64,000 nucleotides of DNA from Octopus sinensis (GCF_006345805.1 NC_043002.1:34286001-34350000), one strand, 5' to 3'; positions 1 through 12,282 are shown, counted from the stretch's first letter. Made by a program: numbers and translations. Notes: generated by a model from the letters alone, not told the origin.

Positions 1-2005
1 GCAGTGACTTCTATTTTATTTTTGCCCAGTTCTTGGTAGAACGTTTTGGGGTCGGAGTTGAACTTTTTGTTCTGTTCAAAGAAGCGTTGGCGTTTCTCGT
101 ACCGGCGGATCCTTTGAGCTTTGGCAAGGATATCTTGCTTCAGCTTTTCTTTTATCTCCGGCAAATCTTTTTCTGTGATGTTATATTTGCGGAGCATTTT
201 TGTTCTCTTTTTGTTGCTTAGTAGCGTTGCTTGTTTGCTGATTTCATTAAGAATCGACAGGTCTTTTCTAATTTTTTTTTATTTTGTTTTGGATGTTATT
301 TATCCACAGGATTTGTTTGGGTGGTGGTACCCCTGTGTGGGCGGGTTTGGGTGAGTATCCAGCTTCTTTTTTGGCTGCAGTGGCTGCTGCGTATATCAAG
401 TCATTTAGTTCAGTGATATCACTTTTTTTTGTTTCAGTGGCTAGTTCAGTGACGGCTAGGTTTATGTTGTTTATAATTGGTGTTGTTATTGCGTTTATTT
501 TTATTCTTGGGAGGTATGGTCGGTGGTCCATTTTGGGCTCTGTGGTTTTCAGTTCTTTGATTATTTTATTTTTTATATTATCATAATCATTAGGCTCCCC
601 TTCGTTGTTTACATCGTGTTTGTTGGGAATGTTGCGTTTGTCTTCCTGTTTTACAGTTTTTTGCATTTAGCTTAGTCCAGTATTTGCCATGAAGGCGCTT
701 TTCTTGCCATCGTTTTATCATGGTTCGTTGATGTTCTATTTTTAGTTTGGATTTCATTTGTTTTATAGCTTTTGTTGTTTCTTCTTCATCTTCTTCTTCT
801 TCTTCTTCTTCTTCTTCTTCTTCTTCTTCTTCTTCTTCTTCTTCTTCTTCTTCTTCTTCTTCTTCTTCTTCTTCTTCTTCTTCTTCTTCTTCTTCTTCTT
901 CATATTTGTTAGGTGGTATGATTTCTTGTTTGTATTTGTCAGCTTCCTTAAATACTGAGAACAGTTTTTTGTTTTGCTCGTGTTTTGCCGCTATTTGTAT
1001 CAGTTTTCCTTCCTTCTGAAGTAGATATTTTTGCAGTCCTATGGTGGTTATTTTATAGTATAAGGCCTCTACCACCATCTATACGTTGTATATATAGCCT
1101 TTCTATGTCAGATTTTGGGTGATGCATCCTAGATCCTGTTATTATTTTTCTTGTTTTCCTATCTATTTTGGTCAGTTCACTTAGTGTCCAGTTAAGGATA
1201 TTGTAGCTGTAACTTATAACTGGGACAGCTAAAGTGTTAATACCTATGATATTGTTTTTAGCATTGAGCTCTGTTTTAAGTATTGATTTAACTCGTCTAT
1301 AATATTCTTTTTTTTATTTTCTCTTTCATTTGTGTGTGTTGTGTCTTATCTAGTTCATGGATTCCTAAGTATTTGTAAGTTTGGCTTTGGTCTAATTCTT
1401 TTATTTCATTGGTTTTATCTAGTGTGATGTTGCTACTCTTAATTAGTTTTCATCTTTTCAGGGTTACTTTGGCGCATTTCTCTAATCCAAATTTCATATC
1501 CATTTCTTTAGTAAATCCATGAACTGTCTTTAGTAATGTTTCCAGCTGTTTGTCATTAGTAGCGTATAGTTTTAGGTCATCCATATATAAAAGGTGGCTG
1601 ATCTTTTTGCTGTAACATTTATATCCGCATCCAGTTCTGTTTAGCATATCCGATAGAGGTGACAGTGACAAGCAGAACAGGAGTGGAGGGAGCGTATCTC
1701 CCTGGAATATCCCTCTTCTAATGGGGATGGCTTTAGTTTTCACAAGTCCCTCTTTTGTTTGGAGCTGTAGGACTGTTTGTCATTTATTCATAAAGTGTCC
1801 TATGTACTTTATAATTGTTGGTGCAACTTTGTTCATGGCTAGTGTTTCGAGAATCCATGTGTGGGAGATGCTATCAAACGCCTTTTTGTAGTCGATCCAG
1901 GCCATACTGAGGCCTTTCTTCTTTCTGTGGCTGTCTTCAGTTATGGCTTTATTAATCATTAGTTGATCTTTACAGCCATATGAGCCTTTGCGGCAATCGG
2001 TAATC
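1..2005 (-). mobile_element. R4/Dong-like (RLE-clade) non-LTR retrotransposon fragments with decayed reverse transcriptase
   Basis: Minus-strand translation gives CRKGSYGCKDQL..AWIDYKKAFDS, RGIFQGD, HLLYMDDLKLY, YKYLG, HHPKSDIERLY..GGRGL and RWQEKRLHGKY. From about 660 to 1 it gives N-terminal-type sequence (TELNDLIYAAA, KAQRIRRYEKRQRFFEQN). Stops and frameshifts are present. Confidence 0.9.
778..901. repeat. (TCT)n/(GAA)n microsatellite, in frame as poly-Glu in the LINE ORF
   Basis: Direct trinucleotide run inside ORF 590..1078(-). Confidence 0.95.
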
Positions 2006-2299
2006 TTATAGACGATATTTTATAACGGATCTCTCTTTGCAGAAGTTTCCTATGTCCTTGTAGTCTTACTAAATATATTTATTCAATGTCAACAAATGTC
2101 CAGGATGGTGTCTTTTTAATACAGTAATTATGTTTTTCGTTTTTCTGTTCAGCTTTACCGATTAATTTAAAGTTACATTTATTGTCCAATCATCTACCAA
2201 TAAACATCCCCATCACATACAAATATGTTCAGGTTTGTGCAGGCGTAGCCGTGTACTAAAATGTTTTCTTCGCAACCAAGCGTATTTCTTCCCAACCAG

Positions 2300-2514
2300 C
2301 GGCGAGCTGGCAGAAACGTTACGACGTTGGGCGAAATGCGTAGCTGTATTTCGTCTGCCGTTACGTTCTGAGTTGAAATTCCGCCGAGGTCGACTTTGCC
2401 TTTCATCCTTTCGGGGTCGATAAATTAAGTACCAGTTACGCCCTGGGGTCGACGTAATCCGTTTGTCTGTCCTTATTTGTCCCCCCTGTGTGTAGCCCCT
2501 TGAGGGTAGTAAAG

Positions 2515-2518
<4 letters not shown>
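2300..2518 (+). mobile_element. SINE family A (central GAGGTCGACTTTGCCTTTCATCCTTTCGGGGTCGATAAA domain, Meta-SINE-like)
   Basis: The same sequence recurs at about 11713-11925(+), 21626-21770(+), 38905-39280(-, two adjacent copies), 47001-47142(-), 59725-59930(-), 61195-61330(-) and 63485-63615(-). The Meta-domain label is from recalled similarity. Confidence 0.8.
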
Positions 2519-2563
<45 letters not shown>

Positions 2564-2571
2564 ATATATAT

Positions 2572-2603
<32 letters not shown>

Positions 2604-3109
2604 AAGCTGCAAACCTATAACAGAGCTGTAACAGTTCTGGGATAATTTTGCAGCTTTAATAAAAAGTATGTTACTTTACCTTTAGTATTCGAGTATTATT
2701 TTTTCCACCTTGTTTCTTCACATATGTGCTCATCTGTATGCATGTATGTATGTATGTATGTATGTATGTATGTATGTATGTATGTATGTATTTGTGTATG
2801 TATGTATGTTTATATGTATGCATGTATGTATGCATATATGTATGTATATATGTATGTATATATGTTTATATGTATGTATATGTATATGCATAATTGTAGG
2901 TATATGTGCGTGTCTTTGAGAACCGGTGTTGGTTTGTTTAAGTCCTCGTAAGACAACGGTTCGGGAAAATGTGACCTATAGACTAAGCACCAGGCTTAAC
3001 AAATAGGTACTGCGGTCGATTTTTCTTCTCTATACACTTCAAGGCGGTGCCCAGCATTGCCGCAGCCTCAAGACTGAACAAGGAAACGATAGCATTTATA
3101 TATATATAA

Positions 3110-3300
3110 CGAGAAAGTTTACGAAAATAAACAAAAGACGAAGGCAGGTGGAGTACAAACAAACAAAAGTATTAGTATAGCGCTCAGGAATAGAAATAGA
3201 AAAAGTTTTTTACGTTTCGAGCCTACGCTCTTCGACAGAAAGATGCACAGTAAAAAAACAAGGAGAGAAAAAAATGCGTGTAGGAGCTAACGGCAGCAAT
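3110..3300 (-). mobile_element. ~200 bp repeat (Penelope pLTR-like) carrying a minimal HHR-like motif
   Basis: Near-identical sequence at 41040-41220(-), and in the opposite orientation at about 31500-31690 and 32880-33065. Contains CTTT-CTGTCGA-A-GAGC-GTAG-GCTC-GAAA-CGTA-AAA on the minus strand. Confidence 0.6.
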
Positions 3301-3302
3301 AT

Positions 3303-3728
3303 ATGTGTGGAAGACACTGGAGGGGTTGGCACCAAACTTTGGAATTGAAGGTTATACTAGAACTCGAAATGGACGTCACTGCACTATTCCAAGAGTCTCA
3401 GCTGTCTCATCTAAGGCGAGGACCATGTACTGCAACAACCTGGGATTCAAGGGTCCACAGCTATTTAACTCTTTGCCAAAACATCTGAGGGATCTCCATG
3501 GAGAGGTAGTAGATATTTCCAAGAAAGAACTTGAGCTTTTGTTACCCAAGATCCCAGATGAACCAATATCGAGGCAGGAAGCACAAAAGAGGTCAGTGGT
3601 ATCGAACTCGCTCCTTCACCAAAAATCCCATAGAATTAGCCAATTAAAAGGTGATTACAATGGCGGTACCCCAGCATGGCCGCAGCCTCATGTTTGAAAC
3701 ATATAAAAGAGTAAAAGAATAAAAGAAT
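3303..3728 (+). mobile_element. CR1-like LINE, 5'-truncated: ORF2 C-terminus and 3' tail
   Basis: ORF 3305..3697 (WKTLEGLAPN..GPQLFNSLP..IPDEP) resembles the end of CR1-type ORF2. It is followed by GGCGGTACCCCAGCATGGCCGCAG and a (TAAAAGA)n tail. Confidence 0.8.
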
Positions 3729-3903
3729 ATATATATGTATATATATATACATATGTATGTATATATATGTATATATATATATATATGTATGTATATATAT
3801 ATATACACATACATATATGTATACATATATATATATACATATATATATATATGTATGTATATATATATACATATATATATATATACATATATATATTATA
3901 TAC

Positions 3904-3981
<78 letters not shown>

Positions 3982-4072
3982 AATAGATAGGTAGATAGAG
4001 AAGGAGATTTATGTACCTGTGCATGCAATATATGTTATACATATATGTGTGTGCATGTGCGTGCGTGCGTGC

Positions 4073-4120
<48 letters not shown>

Positions 4121-4389
4121 TGTGTGTGTAACACGTATACGCACATATATCGAGTAAATTCTAGGAAGAAGTGTTGTACTAAATGACCTCCACAACACCT
4201 GACATATTTAATGAAGCAGATAAGGTACCCTAGTTGTGCGTTTTCAATGAAAATCGCTTCAGCTCGAACGCTTTGGATGTACTTAAACAGTATGTTGTCA
4301 CTTACACGTCACCATGGCGACCTAAACGATGACGATAAGGATCATTATAGTGATGTGACACCGGTAGTGGTGTTGTTGTTGGTGGTGGC

Positions 4390-4434
4390 GATGATGATGA
4401 CGATGACCACGACGACGACGACGACGGCGACGGC

Positions 4435-4468
<34 letters not shown>

Positions 4469-4482
4469 GCGACGGCGACGAC

Positions 4483-4518
<36 letters not shown>

Positions 4519-4668
4519 GATGATGATGACGATGAGGATGGGATGGAGTAATCTCAGCGACGATAGCAATGTCAACGATTGCAATCGCCGTCAACATCAT
4601 CATCGTCATCATTATCATCATTATCATCATTATCATCATTATCATCATCATCATCATCATCATCATCC

Positions 4669-4700
<32 letters not shown>

Positions 4701-4730
4701 GTGATCATCATCATCATCATCATCATCGAC
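4390..4730. repeat. Compound (GAT/GAC)n followed by (CAT)n trinucleotide repeats
   Basis: Seen directly; it explains the poly-Met, Thr and His ORFs in the track. Confidence 0.9.
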
Positions 4731-4909
4731 ATTATTTTCATCTACATAGCCATATCTAGCTGCCTATCTATTTTTACACGTGTGCGTGTATAGATGTATG
4801 TCTATGTATGTGCATGTGTGTATATGTATGTCTATGTATGTGTATGTTTTATATGTATGCATGTACATCTATTTATCTCTATGTATATATATAATACATA
4901 TACATATAT

Positions 4910-4967
<58 letters not shown>

Positions 4968-5064
4968 TACATATACGTATACACACATTTATACACACAT
5001 ACACACATACACACACATATACACACTCATAGATATAGATATGTATACATATTTAGATATATGC

Positions 5065-5199
<135 letters not shown>

Positions 5200-5341
5200 C
5201 ATGTAGGTTGGTATGTAGATATGTAGGTAAGTAGGTAGGTCAAAATGGCTTCCACAGGCTGACTCAAATTCATAAAAATCTATCTCGTGTGTGGATTTCT
5301 ATGTCTACAACTTCATAGTTCCAAAGAATACATCCAGGTAC

Positions 5342-5411
5342 CTGCATCGAAGTCAGGCTTTCTTCGTCATGTTTGCTAAAATGAAACCCGAGACGTTGTG
5401 CTACATTATAG
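5342..5411 (-). pseudogene. Exon-like segment of an unidentified gene (YNVAQRLGFHFSKHDEESLTSMQ)
   Basis: Strong acceptor (T-tract+ATCAG, AG at 5413-5412), an open frame, and a CAG|GTACCT donor. Confidence 0.4.
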
Positions 5412-5573
5412 CTGATAAAAAAAAAAAAGATTTTTTTCATGCGTTTGCAAGATGTATTTAATAACGATGTAGCTGGAAGAAAGCTTGATCAGCTTTGCAT
5501 TCTTCTTTCAAATTTAGTTGGCAGATCTCAGTACATGCACATATGAATACAATGTGTAATACCATGAACTTAC

Positions 5574-5678
5574 CCAGAGCTCTTCATTATTTTCATCTGC
5601 AGCTTCAACTGGAAAGGATCTCGAGAGATCTTTTTCGGCCACAGGTGTGATCTTATAACCAGGTTTCTCAATTTGAAA
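5574..5678 (-). pseudogene. 105-nt exon-like segment (FQIEKPGYKITPVAEKDLSRSFPVEAADENNEELW, or the alternative frame FKLRNLVIRSHLWPKK...)
   Basis: Acceptor TTTTTCCTCAG and perfect donor GG|GTAAGT; open in two frames. Confidence 0.55.
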
Positions 5679-5809
5679 CTGAGGAAAAAGTGGTATTTTA
5701 TTACTAAATGCCCAATATACAGATCATTGAATTGTCATATGTAAACTATAGAATGACAAAAAGAGTGTTGGCGACGTAAAGGTATTTTGATATTTTTCAC
5801 AAATAAAAC

Positions 5810-6330
5810 CCACTTAAATCAAATTGATTCAATCATATCAGGAGAAATTCCGGACTCTGGCAACAATAAAGTGCTCTTCAGTATTATTAAAATCTAAATG
5901 AAACGGGACATCTACAATGCTCTCAATAGGAATTCTTCTTGTATAAAATAAAACAAAAGTACCTAAAGAATTTCCGAGACAATTTGTGAAGAAAACCCAA
6001 ATGGGTTAAGAGGGCAGAACATCACCAGAGGATGGAGGCTTCCAAAATTTGGTAGACGGCATGTAATTGGCTACTCAAAGATAACTCCTTACTACCCACA
6101 CCTGACCAAGATGTTATGTCCTCATAAGTTTTGAGTTCTGCAGTTTTGTCCATGAAATATGTCAACAAGGGTGTGTTAAAGTGCAATGTTTGATCTGACG
6201 CAGCGAAACAGTCACGATGAAGCTACCCAATATCATCAGGGACAATGAAGTTCTCAGTCACTTTTTCGTCTTTAGCATTCATAATCTTGCTGTCTACTTG
6301 GAAAATGACTAACAGCTGCAACACAATAAG
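5810..6330 (-). pseudogene. Coding-like sequence with in-frame stops upstream of the two exon-like pieces
   Basis: Non-repetitive. Translates as KDEKVTENFIVPDDIG*LHRDCF...LKTYEDITSW...LW*CSALL and RIPIESIVDVPFHLDFNNTEEHFIVARVRNFS*. No family recognised. Confidence 0.35.
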
Positions 6331-6906
6331 TATGCGGAGCAAAGGACACAACGTTTACAGCCTTTTTCACACTATACCAATATGACCCCTTTGCAAAAAT
6401 ATTGCTCTACCATGAGTTTCTGGCCATGGAACAAAAGCAACGGAGAGAAAGAAAAGCAAGTGCACCAGTTTAAAGCAAACTTAACATAAGCTTTCGCTTC
6501 TGACTCTTTCGCCACAACTTTCTCTCACTCTTTCCTCCTGCATCGTGCAGCTCACTTGCGACGGATCGGTGTCCCGTCCAGGTGGGGAACCTATACGCCA
6601 AAGAAACCGGGAAACTGGCCCTAATGAGCCAGGCGTGGCTCGAGAAGGATCAAACAACAACAATATATATAGTGTTTATATGTGTATTTGAGCCTGTAGG
6701 ATGTTACTCAGGCACTTATCTATGAGTCTACTGCACCCCATGGCAGAAACAGCTGTAGGCTAATGAACTTCGTAAAATAATCATTCCTTTGTCATTTCTC
6801 TTTCTTATTACCTACCGCTCTTTACGCAGCCAGAACTTTGTTCTGAAACATACGTTTATTGAGTTCTACACCGGATTATTAATCTCGCAATACCTAAGCG
6901 AAATAT

Positions 6907-7015
<109 letters not shown>

Positions 7016-7088
7016 GTATATTGATAAAAATGGTAAGACAACAAAAGAATGAAAGAGACCTCGATATTATGTAATAGAGGAATTTATT

Positions 7089-7302
7089 TGTAAATGAATA
7101 TGTTACAATTATTCGGTAGCCATGATAACTCCGAGTTTCGGATGCCGAGGTGGAAATCCACGCCGTTATCTCTTCAGTTATCAGGTCATCGGATTTTTCA
7201 TGGCCGGATAACTAAAGAGATGGCGGCGTGGATTTCCACCTCGGCATCCGAAACTCGGAATTTTATCATGGCTACCGAATAATTGTCACATATTACATTT
7301 AC

Positions 7303-7303
<1 letters not shown>
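7089..7303. repeat. Near-perfect fold-back (about 95 bp arms, about 24 nt spacer) with an HHR-like motif in each arm
   Basis: 7089-7182 is the reverse complement of about 7207-7303, e.g. ATTATTCGGTAGCCATGATAA / TTATCATGGCTACCGAATAAT and GAGTTTCGGATGCCGAGGTGGAAATCCACGCC / GGCGTGGATTTCCACCTCGGCATCCGAAACTC. Confidence 0.95.
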
Positions 7304-7351
<48 letters not shown>

Positions 7352-7428
7352 ATGCATAGACTTGTGTTTACTAAAAGACTTTTTAGTGGATTTGGTAGAT
7401 GGAAACAGCAAGAAGCCCGCCGTGTGTG

Positions 7429-7459
<31 letters not shown>

Positions 7460-7650
7460 TTATATATACACGCACTTGCATGCACTCATACACACCCATT
7501 CCCACACATGAGTATCTGAGTGTGTGTCGTTGTGTCTGTGTTTGTCCCACGCCACCGCTTGACTACCGGTGTTGGTGTGTTTACGTCCCACGCAACAAGT
7601 AAAAGAATATATATTTATATACGTCGAGAGAAAGGGAGAGAGAGAGAGAC

Positions 7651-7711
<61 letters not shown>

Positions 7712-8131
7712 GAAAGAGAGGTGGGAGAGAGAGGGAGTTCCAAGCAGCATAAGTTGTTCTCCAACAATAGATATACTGATCAGATATGCAACCACACACT
7801 AGTCGCACAGCTATATAATTCCTAAACATTTATACATCTTTGTGAGATACAAACAGAATAGAATACCATCACCCGTGACACACAGACACACGTGCACGCG
7901 CGCGCGCACACACACACAGGGAAATAAATTATAAACCGATTATACATTTCATCAGAGTGTCACAAATCAAATAAGAATGTGTGTGTGTGTGTTGTGAGAG
8001 AGAGAGAGTGTGTGTGTGTGTGTCATGCGTGACTGCATATGGGATTATTTTCGAGTCAGTGACCATTTTCCATATTGAGTTCATTATATGTAATAATGTG
8101 CAATACATGTAGAAATGTATGCGTGCGTGTA

Positions 8132-8170
<39 letters not shown>

Positions 8171-8331
8171 ATATCACTTGGTGGAGTGTACTTGCCTTTG
8201 TATGTGTGCATTTATGTCGTGTGGGTGTGCCTGTATGTGTATGTGTGATGGGTTTATAGATACATCTTTCTGTGAATATAGTGTCATCTACAAAGATGGA
8301 TATATATATATATATGTGTATGTGTATATAT

Positions 8332-8374
<43 letters not shown>

Positions 8375-9847
8375 CACGCACACAAAAATATATATATATA
8401 TATATATACACGCACACAAATATATAATATATATATATATATAATATATATAATATATATATATATATATTATACATGCTTAAGCATATATGTGTATATA
8501 TACTTATATGTATGCGTGTGCTTATGTGTATATATGTATATACGTGTATTATATATATTTTTAAAAAAATTTATTTTATTTTATCTAGGTTCAGCTCACG
8601 AGCTGCGCCCATGCTGGGGCACCATGTATGTATATATATATATGCATAAATATATACATACATACATACATACACACATATACATATATTTATTTATTTA
8701 TTTACTTACAAACTCACATTCACTTAGCATGCACACACACTCACACATATACTTGTATACAAACATATAATCGTATAGCTAAATAGCTGCTGGAATACTA
8801 TATATTACATGTGTGTGTGCGTCTATGTGTATGTTTGTGTGTGTGTGTGTGTTTGTGTATATAGGTATGTATATATGTGCGTGTATGTGCTGTCACTTTG
8901 TATGTGTGCGTAATTACACGCACACGTACACCTGTACAATCTACGTACAACAAATATTTCATCACAATCGACATAGTTTCCGGACCAACTGCACCCGTTT
9001 GCTACCCGATGTCATCAGGGTATATACATCCATTCACCTCTCCATCCAGTACATGTTGTCACCAGTCGCTTGGTTAAACCGCAATACATCGATCTAAGAG
9101 TCGACCAGAACATTTCACAAGGAACTATTTCAGACATTTCCGTACTATAGGAATGTACACCGTGGAATGTGATCACCGTTCATTCTTTACAATTACACTT
9201 CCGCCATTCCAATGGGACCGGCTTTGTCCTAACAAATTCTCTCTCCACGCATCTGGCTCTACGTTCGATCCTGCTCTACGGTACCTTGGGCAAGACTTTT
9301 CCATTGTAATCTCCGGATTGATTGGCCAATGAGTGGACAATGGCTTGCAAGTTCGATTTGGAAAAAACACGCACGGTTTTGAGTGTGCGTGTGTGTGTGT
9401 ATGTGTGTGTGTGTGTGTGTTGTGAGTGTGGTGGTGTGTGTGTGTGTGTGTGTGGTGTGCTGTGTGTGCGTGCGTGAGTACGTGTGTGTACGTTTGTGTG
9501 TGTGCGTGTGTGCTTGTACGTTCGTGTGTGTGAGCATGTGTATGTTTGTGTATGTGTGTGTCTGTACGTTTGTGTGTGTGTTTGTGTGTATGTATGTGTG
9601 TGCGTCTGTGTGTATGTGACTGTTTGTGTGTGAGTATTCTCTTTTTTTAATCTTATTTACTTATGTCAGTCATTAAATTTTGGCCCAACTTTTTTTAAGT
9701 CTGACAATATTTTATCGGTTTTTTTTTCATGCCGAACCGATATGTTAAGGGAATGCAAACAAACCAACACCTATTGAGAAGCGGTGAGGGGACACGCACA
9801 CACATACGCAAACACTCACACATACACTGACACACACACACACACAC

Positions 9848-9885
<38 letters not shown>

Positions 9886-10360
9886 ACACACACACACACA
9901 CAACACACACATACAGTGAACTGTTCGCTTTCACATAGAATAATCAAAGAAAAAAAATGATAAAAGTACTCAACCCAGCGAAAAAAGTAATTCACGTAAA
10001 ATTCCTGTATTCATTAAACTATATATGATTGACAATATCATATATAATTTAATGAAAACAGGAGTATGTCATCGTTGATCAATGGTGTTGCAAAGACAGT
10101 AACTTAACCAGTTCTGCTGTGCCTGGTTTCCAGAAACAATCGCCTAGCCCAACCTAAACTTACTACCACTTCACTCATGGATTTCCATGAAAGAAAGACA
10201 AGACAACACTTTCGCAGCATCCACGGAGCCTCAGGAGATACCAGATATTGATTAAGCATAACTGTACATATCTACCTTAGGGTCCATCCCTCCGAAATTT
10301 CTATCAGATGTTTACTCCGTTAGCCTTTTTTAAACTCACAATAAATTACCCAACATTATT

Positions 10361-10402
<42 letters not shown>

Positions 10403-10449
10403 TTATTATTATTATATTATATTATTATTATATTATTATTATTATTATT

Positions 10450-10998
10450 GAGTGAGAGAGCCAGTGCATGCCATCAAAGTGACACTGGGGTAAAATATAC
10501 GAAGCCCAATAGAACCATCATGACTACCCGTTTTGAAGGGTGCACCAGGCACATGCATCACAACCATATGTGCGCGACATGGTGCTCATATCAATATAAA
10601 CAGCACATGACCTTGCAGGTGGGGCCCAGTTAGAATTTTTCTCAGGTTGAGTAGCCCATCCCGCTCAAAAGGTCCCCGAATAAGGGTTGTTTAAGGATGT
10701 TGAAAGAACCCCAATGTTTCCAGAGGTGAATTATTCAAACCCCAAAGAATCCCTCTCAACACATGGCTATGATGGCTCCCCCACTACTTCTGCTCGTGAT
10801 CAGAGATGCACATATCGTCAGCCACTAAGGGACATGCTCAACTGGTTAAGGTCAAACAACTGACAAGCAAATCTGTGGTATTGAGCAGAATATTTGCTGT
10901 AGCCCAATTTTATACCAAGACAAAAACAATGTACATGATAACCACTCCAATCAGTTAAGATCAGAAGCCATGAGAGCCCTGCATGGTACTGCATCAGG
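10450..10998. mobile_element. ~550 bp retroposon-like repeat embedded in (ATT)n, copy 1
   Basis: A homologous copy follows at 11087-11632 in the same orientation. Both copies are flanked on each side by (ATT)n. Confidence 0.75.
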
Positions 10999-11086
10999 AT
11001 TATTATACTATTATTATATTATTATTATTATTATTATTATTATATTATTATTATATTATTATATTATTATTATTATTATTATTATT

Positions 11087-11632
11087 GAGTGAGAGAGCAG
11101 CGCATGCCATCAAAGTGACACGGGGGTAAAATATACGAAGCCCAGTATACCCATCATGACGACCCGTCTGATAAAAGTACATCAGGCACATGGCATGGTG
11201 ATTTCATATGAAGATAAACAGCGCATGACCTTGCAGGTGGAGGGTCCTCTTAGAATTTTCTTCAAGTCGAGTAGCCCATCCCGCTCAAATGGTACTTGAA
11301 TAAGGATTGTTTAAGGATGTTGAACGAAACACCCATGTTACCAGAGGTGAATTATTCAACTCCAAAGAAATCCTCTCAACAAATGGCTATGATGCTTTCC
11401 CAGTACTTATACTCGAGATGCACATATCTACATTCCACAGAGATGCAAGGTTCGTCAACCACCTAAGGACATGCTCAACTGGTTAAGGTCAAACAACTGA
11501 CAAGCAAATCTGTGGTATTGAGCAGAATATTTGCTGCAGCCCATCTTTTATACCAAGACAAAACAATGTAAATGGTAACACTTACAATCAGTTGAGATCA
11601 AAAGCCATGGGAGCCTGGTACTGTATCAGGGC
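11087..11632. mobile_element. ~550 bp retroposon-like repeat embedded in (ATT)n, copy 2
   Basis: Colinear but diverged from 10450-10998 (both begin GAGTGAGAGAG and end CATCAGG/TATCAGG). Confidence 0.75.
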
Positions 11633-11660
11633 AATTATTATTATTATTATTATTATTATT

Positions 11661-11703
<43 letters not shown>

Positions 11704-11924
11704 CAGTATTAAGGCAGCAAGCTGGCAGGCTCGTTAGCGCGAAGGACGAAATTTTTGGCAGTATTTCGCCTGTCGCTGCGTTCTGAGTTCTAATTCCGCC
11801 GAGGTCGACTTTGCTTTTCATCCTTTCAGGGTTGATAAATTAAGTACCGGTGAAATACTGGGGTCGATATAATCGACTAGTCCCCACCCAACAAAGTTCA
11901 GGCCTTGTGACTCCAATAGAAAGG

Positions 11925-11972
<48 letters not shown>

Positions 11973-12282
11973 ATTTTTATCAGCATTAAGGCAGCGAGCT
12001 GGCAGGATCGTTAACATGCCGGACAAAATGCTTGTCGATGCAAGATTTGTAAGGAGTTACCTTCTATTAGATGAGCAGCTAAAAAGTTGAAGGGCTTTAT
12101 CTACTCTAAGTCCGTTGGGTATCTGTGAGTAACCTTCTTCTGGAGTCAATTCCGTGACATACTAATTAAGCTGTACCTGGAGCCCTTACAGGTTCTAATT
12201 CTCCAGATCAGAGTACATCTGACCTGGAAACAATAGTGGCTTAGTGATGGTTTCACACTCCTCAAAACTCTGGAACACCTGA

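Noticed and set aside
4211-4759. 182-aa ORF with poly-Thr, Met and His, and the similar 19088-19450 ORFs
   Set aside because: They consist of GAC/GAT/CAT repeats open in several frames on both strands, with no domain or splice support.
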